Below are positions 57,623-64,000 of a stretch of DNA of 64,000 nucleotides, one piece after another. The notes beneath the pieces are model-generated. The model was not told the DNA's origin, searched no databases, and saw only the letters and a list, made by a program, of their open reading frames with translations. Location of the stretch: the NCBI GenBank assembly GCA_947629745.1, contig CANREZ010000003.1, positions 30,713 to 94,712 on the forward strand, read 5' to 3'. Position numbers and translations under genes: made by a program. Within the stretch, counting starts at the first letter, position 1. Each line of letters begins with the position of its first letter. The DNA is from an uncultured Clostridia bacterium. Lineage in GTDB: Bacteria; Bacillota; Clostridia; Christensenellales; UBA1242.

Positions 57623-60600
57623 TATCTACCCTCCCCAAGATATCATCTACGCTACTTGCACGAGGATACACTTTTGGCAAAACTTTCTTACATATTCCTC
57701 TATACTTACAATAAGCGCACATAGATTTGTCATTTTCCTTGTCCCCTAGTGGGGTATGATCACATATGCCACTAAGGATATCGCTAGACTCCTCCTCTAA
57801 TTTCTTCATACTAAAATCTAACAGGGCCTCTATCTCGTCCGCATCAATCAATTTATTTTTCATATATTTGCCGTTGAAAGATTCGCCTTTGCCCTTTAGC
57901 CTTGCGCCGATGTACCTGCCTTTGTCCGTCACGTTAATTGTGTCATCCTGCAACCTTGCCACATCCACATCATTTAGCATGAACCCATCTAGCGTGCCAC
58001 GCACACTGCCCTTGCCATCATCGGCATAGTCGTCCTTGATAGGCATATAAAATGCACCTGCAGGAAGTAGTCCTGACAAGTTCGCATATGCTCTAAGATA
58101 CACCAGTAGTTGCAATTTCTTGCCCGATAGAACGTCGGAGTAACTAAAGCTGTCACTGCCGGTCTTGTAGTCAATGATTCTAAAATATTTGTCCCATGTA
58201 TCCACACGGTCTATCACACCCTCTAGGCTCACGACCCGATCCGGTATATTAATCTTGATATCTGTGCCAATTTTACTGCTAAATCTATACTCCAAAGTCT
58301 TTGCCGTTGGTCTAAAGCCCGTGTGAGATAACTGCTCAAGTAGTAGCCTTGCAAGGGATATCACCTCGCGTTTTAACGATAACAATTGCACCTTGTTTGA
58401 CGGGCTATCCACGAATGTTGCATAATCAGTTTTCTTTAGGATACTATCTAGGATATTTGTCGCATACACCGACACATCTAGGTCATCTATGTGGTCATAT
58501 TTTACGACCAGTCCCACCCATTTTTGCACAAACTCGTGGATGATAGTACCGATGATTCGCGAATCAATCTTGGACACCTTCCTCTCACGAAGTCTTAGTC
58601 CATAATTTAGGAAATGCAAATATGGGCATCTAGCGAATGTCTCATACTCACTCACACTGCTATGGGTGACAAAATATATATCCTTGGCATTTTGGATGCT
58701 ATCTGACACATCACTCTTTGCCTCATCTACTAGCATCTGGCCTTGGGCACCAAGCAAGTTGCCTAACATATCCTGGTATGCGCTGCCACCCGCATTTGTG
58801 CTAAGGTTAGTGGCAAAATTATTCTCCATCTTCTTTTTGGATAAATTAGCCGAGATGACGCCATCGGCACTTGCCAAGTCATACAGATCCTTTGAGATAT
58901 TGTATGGCGTGATATCGAATATTCTATTTAATATTTTTAGCATGGAACTAGGCTCAACACTGCCCGAAACTGAGCTTGTGTGATACGTTAGTTCCAAATT
59001 CTGCCCTAGAGCAAAAGTGGACAGGGCGCGGAACTTAGATCGTTTGTTTAGCATAGCAATGCTTGGAGTAATCCTACTGCCAAAAGGAAGTCTATCTATA
59101 TCCACATCGGAGATTATTCCCATATCCATCTGATATTTTGGCAAATTGCCTTCGTTCGCGCCAAGTATAAATAGATTCTTTGCACCCAGTATATAACTAG
59201 TGGATATATCCCCCACAAACACGCTGTCTATCACGGTAGGAGGCAGGGATATACTAAGCGTTTCTATCACACTCCTTGCCACATCGATGAATGACTCAAG
59301 GGATGTCTGCCTATCCCCTAATACTTTCACTAGTTCATCGAGCGCAGTCATAATCTTGGAGTAAACTTGTCCTAACACGCGCGCGGACTCATAATCTTGC
59401 ACAGTAATGTATCTAGCCGATTCACTATTGATCGTTCCCTCATAATCGAGATTGAGCAGGATATTTCTTAGTGCCTCGCAATATACGCTGTATGTACTTT
59501 GTTTTGTATCAACTAACTCCTTGATAGGTGCTAAAGCGTTCAAAAATTCGGGATAATCCGCCAAAATTTTCGAATCCGTTATATTGTACTTTAGTCCAAA
59601 CTCCACGCATTTGTTGTCGATATCGTGCAGCAAATTTTGGTCAAAATGCATGTATGGGCTAGCCAGTAGTCTCATCACTTCTATATAATTTAGCCCTTGA
59701 CTGAGACAATCCAGGATGGAGCTGATGAAATTTATCGCGCTGATATTATTCACATCAATGTGATTATCTAGGAAGTATGGGATCTCGTATGTATCAAAAA
59801 TTTTCTTTATATCATCCTTGTACTCACTAAGTCCGCAACAAAGTATAGTAAAATCTAGATACCTCTTGCCGGATAATACTTGCTTCCTTATCGTGCGCGC
59901 TACATACTCTATCTCGTCTACACTATTTATGGCATAGGATATCTTGATAGGGCCAGCGACCGGCTTGGTCTCTTTATCCTCAAAGTGATCTAGCATGTAT
60001 GTTGCAGTAGCGCTTAGCCTATTTTTGCACCCTATTCGCTCAATTTTCTCCCCAAAAATTCGTGCGAAATACTCCAAATTGCCGTAGACAAAATTTGGAC
60101 AATAACTTCTCTTTGGGTCATACACGCAGGATACTGATACACTGCTTGCATACTTTGCAAGTGCGAATATTATCTCAAAGTTTAGGCTAGTAAAATCCTC
60201 AAACCCCACGAAGTAAAACTTGGTGTGGGACAAGTCCAGTCTATTTATCGACTTAGCAAATAAATGTAGTCTATTGAAACTATCTGTGAAGTCGTGGGAT
60301 AAATACTCCTCGTACTTAGTGTAAATCAATTTTAGGTCAGCTAATTTTTGCGACAAAATGGCACTAGATACTTCTGTATCTAGATCCTTTGGAGTTATAT
60401 TACAACTCTTTAGCTGCGCGATGGTGTCATATATAGTCTGTGCGCTAGATCTGCTGTGAGCGAATGAGGCAAGATTGGCCTCCTCATCTTCCATAATGGA
60501 TGACACTATAGCCACTGCACCCGTTTTGCTTAGCACCATATGGTCTAGACCCATATCCGCTAAATTGCGATTGACATACCTAGATAGCGTCGTCACATCC

Positions 60601-60770
60601 ACGTCGAATAACACCTGTGTGCCAAGGATGTCGAATATCACGTTTTGGATATTCTGATTTACCCTGTCAGGTGTGATCACTATGTGAGTCGTAGTATCGT
60701 CACGCCTGATCGATGCTAAGCACTCATACAGCGCATTATAGTGGTGTCTGTCACAAAAAACTTTTAGCAT
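57612..60770 (-). CDS. addB: Helicase/nuclease subunit B, RexB-type (no Walker A)
   Basis: 1052 aa. C-terminal nuclease (IDRVD...IIDYKTG) and Fe-S staple cysteines (ARCPYLHF ... CAYCKYRGIC). No GxxGxGKT at the N-terminus. Overlaps addA by 11 nt. Confidence 0.85.
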   Translation of the reverse strand: MLKVFCDRHHYNALYECLASIRRDDTTTHIVITPDRVNQNIQNVIFDILGTQVLFDVDVTTLSRYVNRNLADMGLDHMVLSKTGAVAIVSSIMEDEEANLASFAHSRSSAQTIYDTIAQLKSCNITPKDLDTEVSSAILSQKLADLKLIYTKYEEYLSHDFTDSFNRLHLFAKSINRLDLSHTKFYFVGFEDFTSLNFEIIFALAKYASSVSVSCVYDPKRSYCPNFVYGNLEYFARIFGEKIERIGCKNRLSATATYMLDHFEDKETKPVAGPIKISYAINSVDEIEYVARTIRKQVLSGKRYLDFTILCCGLSEYKDDIKKIFDTYEIPYFLDNHIDVNNISAINFISSILDCLSQGLNYIEVMRLLASPYMHFDQNLLHDIDNKCVEFGLKYNITDSKILADYPEFLNALAPIKELVDTKQSTYSVYCEALRNILLNLDYEGTINSESARYITVQDYESARVLGQVYSKIMTALDELVKVLGDRQTSLESFIDVARSVIETLSISLPPTVIDSVFVGDISTSYILGAKNLFILGANEGNLPKYQMDMGIISDVDIDRLPFGSRITPSIAMLNKRSKFRALSTFALGQNLELTYHTSSVSGSVEPSSMLKILNRIFDITPYNISKDLYDLASADGVISANLSKKKMENNFATNLSTNAGGSAYQDMLGNLLGAQGQMLVDEAKSDVSDSIQNAKDIYFVTHSSVSEYETFARCPYLHFLNYGLRLRERKVSKIDSRIIGTIIHEFVQKWVGLVVKYDHIDDLDVSVYATNILDSILKKTDYATFVDSPSNKVQLLSLKREVISLARLLLEQLSHTGFRPTAKTLEYRFSSKIGTDIKINIPDRVVSLEGVIDRVDTWDKYFRIIDYKTGSDSFSYSDVLSGKKLQLLVYLRAYANLSGLLPAGAFYMPIKDDYADDGKGSVRGTLDGFMLNDVDVARLQDDTINVTDKGRYIGARLKGKGESFNGKYMKNKLIDADEIEALLDFSMKKLEEESSDILSGICDHTPLGDKENDKSMCAYCKYRGICKKVLPKVYPRASSVDDILGRVDSEQ

Positions 60771-60822
60771 AAAATTATCCTTTTAGTTATTGTAACACAC
60801 TTTACTTCAAATTAGGAAATAT

Positions 60823-61071
60823 TTACCGTCCTATTTGGCTTTTTATTGTACGAATTTCACTTCTTAGGTCGTCTATAATATGCTTATATTTTGCCTCGAC
60901 TTTTCGCCTTGTGTCAGATATGACAAGATTGATAAGTCCCATAAATAAATCCCGCAAATCTGCTGTGGATAACGCATTCTGTCCAAATTCTAGCACCTGT
61001 GGTCCGCTAGTACTATCTCTATTTTGCTCGCTTGCCTTTTCATCACCTTTAATCTCTTCACTTCCTTCCAT
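60823..61071 (-). CDS. Small hypothetical protein upstream of addB
   Basis: 82 aa, acidic N-terminus and helical C-terminus. ATG preceded by GGGGGA. No recognisable family. Confidence 0.45.
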   Translation of the reverse strand: MEGSEEIKGDEKASEQNRDSTSGPQVLEFGQNALSTADLRDLFMGLINLVISDTRRKVEAKYKHIIDDLRSEIRTIKSQIGR

Positions 61072-61158
61072 CTAATGTCCCCCGATAGAGCAATTATTGA
61101 CAAGCAGTGTGGTCTATAATCCCGCAATTTTACATATACTTCCTATATAGAGGGTTAT

Positions 61159-62103
61159 ATGAAAAAATTTTTACACATTACGTCCAAAATCGACACTATT
61201 GCCTATATCGATGGGCAGTATGCGGGAGTGATCACGTGCGACCATCCACTCGATATCATCTCGGATAGGAAACTATATATGACACTAAATTCGCAAGGCT
61301 ATCTGCCCCAAGCAATTACTCTAGACTGTGCATGCGATGATATTATAGATAGTGACTGCATGGAGTGTATCCCGTATCTCAATCACCACTATGACTGCAA
61401 TTACACGCCTATCCCTATGATTTGCCCAAACTACTTTAATGTGATATTCTCCATTATCCTATCAAAATATTATCTGTGTGTGCTGGGTGGAGGAAAATCA
61501 CCTATCTGCAACATCCAGTTATTCGATAACAACAAACTGAAATTCTCAGGCACATTAGAGCAATTTGATGACATAGACTGCACACTTTTTGGCAATAATA
61601 TAATTGTAATTACCAAGAAGGACAATACCTATGCATTCATGCGCATAGATACATCAGAGTGCAAATTAGCTGAATATTACCCGTGTTCCAAGGTCTCTAT
61701 CACCAAAGATAGTATCACCACATTAAGATACCTAGACGACCCTGTGGGCCAAGGAGTAGTATCAGTGTACACTACGAGTAGTAGTGCCCCTGAAGTGTAT
61801 CCTGTGTACCGCACTGACCACGCCTATCCTATAGATATAGATAGGCTGATACCTTATGGCCTGCTCTCCTGTGTGGAGGTGAAAAATTTCGTCCACGCGA
61901 AGAAGTATTTATCCGACAACCTTGCTACTTGCAAGGATTCATCACTTGAGAAATATTTCTCAGATATCCAGTCTATCTGGCCTGACCCATACACATATTC
62001 AGATAATAGATACTACTACACAGTGAAGTCTAGCGAGGGATACCGGAAGTATATATTCGAGATATGTGATCACAAAATCGTAGATATTGACGAAGTGAAA
62101 TAA
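61159..62103 (+). CDS. Hypothetical Cys/Tyr-rich cytoplasmic protein
   Basis: 314 aa, SD GAGGG, no TM helix or signal peptide, 18 Cys, concentrated in the first ~180 aa. No motif I recognise. Confidence 0.55.
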   Translation: MKKFLHITSKIDTIAYIDGQYAGVITCDHPLDIISDRKLYMTLNSQGYLPQAITLDCACDDIIDSDCMECIPYLNHHYDCNYTPIPMICPNYFNVIFSIILSKYYLCVLGGGKSPICNIQLFDNNKLKFSGTLEQFDDIDCTLFGNNIIVITKKDNTYAFMRIDTSECKLAEYYPCSKVSITKDSITTLRYLDDPVGQGVVSVYTTSSSAPEVYPVYRTDHAYPIDIDRLIPYGLLSCVEVKNFVHAKKYLSDNLATCKDSSLEKYFSDIQSIWPDPYTYSDNRYYYTVKSSEGYRKYIFEICDHKIVDIDEVK

Positions 62104-62157
62104 AAAATGCTTTGATCCTAGCGTTTTGTCCTATATAATATATATAGGTGAAGAATA

Positions 62158-62877
62158 ATGTTAAATCTTATATTTATCATCGCAGTTGTGCTACTCGCAC
62201 TCGTCTTCATTGTCCTAACCTCAAGGTCAAAGATATTTAGGGTGTATGAGAAATACTCTACTGTCCGAAATACTTGTGGTATGGACGGCGAGGAGTTGTC
62301 CAATTATTATATGAATAAGTACAAGCTGTACGACATGGAGTTTGCCAGGACGTCTAGGTCTATTGCCGATTGCTACGTGCCGTCACAAAAGATGTTAGTA
62401 TTATCCGACGAGACAGTCGATCACGATAGCATCGCTACCCTTGCCATTGTCTCACACGAATTCGGACATGCTCTACAACACAATGAGCGCTACCCACTAT
62501 TCATTGTGACCAATGCCCTACAGCGCATCACTCGTCTTACAAATGCCCTGATCCTGCCACTATTTATAGCAGGAATTATCATGTACTGGTGCAATTTTCA
62601 CACATACTCTATAGATATGACCTGCCTTATTATGAGCGCTGTGCTATTAGGATTCAATATTTTGCTAAAAATAATGACTATCCCTCTAGAGGTGAATGCC
62701 TCGAATAGAGCAAGGCATATGTTAGTAGATGGGGAGCTTGTGACGAAGAAAGAGATGCGTGCAATTCGCTCTCTGCTATCCGCTGCTGCTATGACTTATC
62801 TAGCAGGATTACTCGATGGCATTATAATCACGCCAAACAAAATCCGTGGATGGTTCCAAAAATTTAAGGAGATGTAA
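62158..62877 (+). CDS. YugP-family membrane zinc metallopeptidase (paralog 1)
   Basis: N-terminal TM, ...CYVPSQKMLVLSDE...IATLAIVSHEFGHALQ (HExxH), C-terminal TM helices, NASNRA motif. Confidence 0.8.
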   Translation: MLNLIFIIAVVLLALVFIVLTSRSKIFRVYEKYSTVRNTCGMDGEELSNYYMNKYKLYDMEFARTSRSIADCYVPSQKMLVLSDETVDHDSIATLAIVSHEFGHALQHNERYPLFIVTNALQRITRLTNALILPLFIAGIIMYWCNFHTYSIDMTCLIMSAVLLGFNILLKIMTIPLEVNASNRARHMLVDGELVTKKEMRAIRSLLSAAAMTYLAGLLDGIIITPNKIRGWFQKFKEM

Positions 62878-63597
62878 ATGGGATATTTTCAGTATTACAT
62901 GATGGGAATAATCATACTCCCTGCCCTACTTGTAGCCATATACGCCCAGAGCCGTGTATCCTACACATACGATAAATATCGCAACTTGCGACCAAAAAAC
63001 ATGATCACGGCCGCACAAATGGCTCGTGCAGTGCTAGATGCAGCAGGACTAAATGATGTATCTATCCGCATGATTCCGGGCAGACTCACCGACAACTACA
63101 ACCCTGCCACTCGCACGCTATCTCTATCCCAAGCAGTATACGAGGGATGTGATGTAGCATCCATCGGCATAGCCTGTCACGAAGTGGGCCACGCCATACA
63201 ATTCGCACGTGGTTATGTGCCGGCTAGAGTCCGCCAAGTGGTGATCCCTATATGCAACTTTGCCTCTGCCTTCCTTTGGCCACTAGTGATGTTGGGTCTA
63301 ATGTTCAATTTCGCAGCTATGCCAGGCAGCATTGTGGGAGATATACTCCTCTGGTCGGGAATCGGACTATTTGGTGCGAGCGTGTTAGTCAATCTTCTCA
63401 CACTATTTAGTGAATTTAACGCCTCACATCGCGCGCTAAAGATATTGTCAAATGGCTACCTCGAGGGCGAAGAACTAGCCGGTGCAAAATCTGTGCTCAG
63501 TGCAGCAGCTCTCACTTATGTGGCAGCACTACTTGTATCCGTGCTAGAATTAGTTAGATTCCTACTTGTAATATTCATGGGCAGTAGACGTGAATAA
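62878..63597 (+). CDS. YugP-family membrane zinc metallopeptidase (paralog 2)
   Basis: Same architecture: LTDNYNPATRTLSLSQ...IGIACHEVGHAIQ, NASHRA. ATG immediately follows the TAA of paralog 1, with AAGGAG inside the upstream gene. Confidence 0.85.
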   Translation: MGYFQYYMMGIIILPALLVAIYAQSRVSYTYDKYRNLRPKNMITAAQMARAVLDAAGLNDVSIRMIPGRLTDNYNPATRTLSLSQAVYEGCDVASIGIACHEVGHAIQFARGYVPARVRQVVIPICNFASAFLWPLVMLGLMFNFAAMPGSIVGDILLWSGIGLFGASVLVNLLTLFSEFNASHRALKILSNGYLEGEELAGAKSVLSAAALTYVAALLVSVLELVRFLLVIFMGSRRE

Positions 63598-63602
63598 AAA
63601 TA

Positions 63603-63630
63603 AAACTTGGATCACTCCAAGTTTTTTTAT
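63603..63630 (+). terminator. Terminator after the YugP pair
   Basis: aaacttgga-tcac-tccaagttt followed by T-run. Confidence 0.75.
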
Positions 63631-63782
63631 GCTAATTATTGAGTATTGTTGTTATCAATCAAAAAATATTTATTTCTTGCTAAATATCAGGTGTTTCTAA
63701 TTATTGAATAATTCTTTCCATTAGTTTTTTAATCTAAAATTTGTTGTATTTGTATCAAAACTATATTTTTTGATTATATCCC

Positions 63783-64000
63783 CTACTTGTCTATCACGGT
63801 GATACAGGCAGCGCCGGTTTCTTTATTTTGGATAGTTATGCCGTTTGCCACACACTTGCCGTTTTCGTTGAATAAACATTTTGCATGGCAGTCTATATCC
63901 ACGCGCTTATTGTGCCTATATGGGTGCACCTCGGGCGCTACTTCAAACATATCTCGGCTCGCGTCCTGCAAAGTCGATGTATCGCGAGTCTCGTCGTGGG
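63783..64000 (-). CDS. DUF1540-like small Cys-rich protein, probably truncated by the window edge
   Basis: C-terminal DIDCHAKCLFNENGKCVANGITI fits the DUF1540 C..C....g.C.a..I pattern. The frame stays open from 63971 to position 64000, so the true start may lie outside the window. Confidence 0.45.
   Translation of the reverse strand, partial: HDETRDTSTLQDASRDMFEVAPEVHPYRHNKRVDIDCHAKCLFNENGKCVANGITIQNKETGAACITVIDK

Noticed and set aside
61098-61127. TTGACA ... TATAAT pair upstream of the 314-aa gene
   Set aside because: The hexamers are perfect, but the spacer is only 12 nt (TTGACA-agcagtgtggtc-TATAAT), too short for a functional sigma-A promoter. It was not annotated.
1-64000. Alternative genetic code or recoding (in-frame stops, UGA sense codons)
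   Set aside because: All conserved genes read through intact with standard stops at the expected lengths. Nothing suggests reassignment.

Overview
AT-rich, tightly packed bacterial chromosome segment that reads like a low-GC Firmicute: spoVT plus a yabM-like flippase, RexAB-type AddAB, HU, zinc-type S14, a DUF1540 fragment. There are about 60 protein genes, all but four on the minus strand. Core content: ung, glmM, trxB, rplM-rpsI, typA, secG-rnr-smpB-ssrA (tmRNA), dus-pgk-gpmI, hup, spoVT, a complete 31-gene S10-spc-alpha ribosomal cluster (33.36-49.26 kb, including an rpmJ missing from the ORF track), addB-addA, and two tandem YugP-type zinc peptidases. I saw no tRNA/rRNA, CRISPR array, transposase, integrase or phage genes, and no recognisable named defence system. 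Things worth a second look: (1) two giant surface-protein genes (2347 aa N-terminally anchored; 1478 aa lipoprotein with five tandem ~92-aa modules) lie directly downstream of rplQ; (2) a G8 tract sits inside the spacer of a near-consensus promoter for an orphan repeat-protein gene, the layout of a slipped-strand phase switch; (3) several ribosomal proteins carry unusual additions: L30 has a ~130-aa Lys/Ala/Pro N-terminal extension, L24 has a CxxC...CxxC knuckle plus a Lys-rich tail, and L17 has ~45 extra residues; (4) glmM apparently initiates at ATT; (5) a 697-aa protein with three TM helices and a ~450-aa coiled coil follows addA; (6) there is a structured S10 leader with mutually exclusive hairpins and a Z-DNA-prone GC island. 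All functional calls come from reading motifs and gene order by eye; no database search was run.
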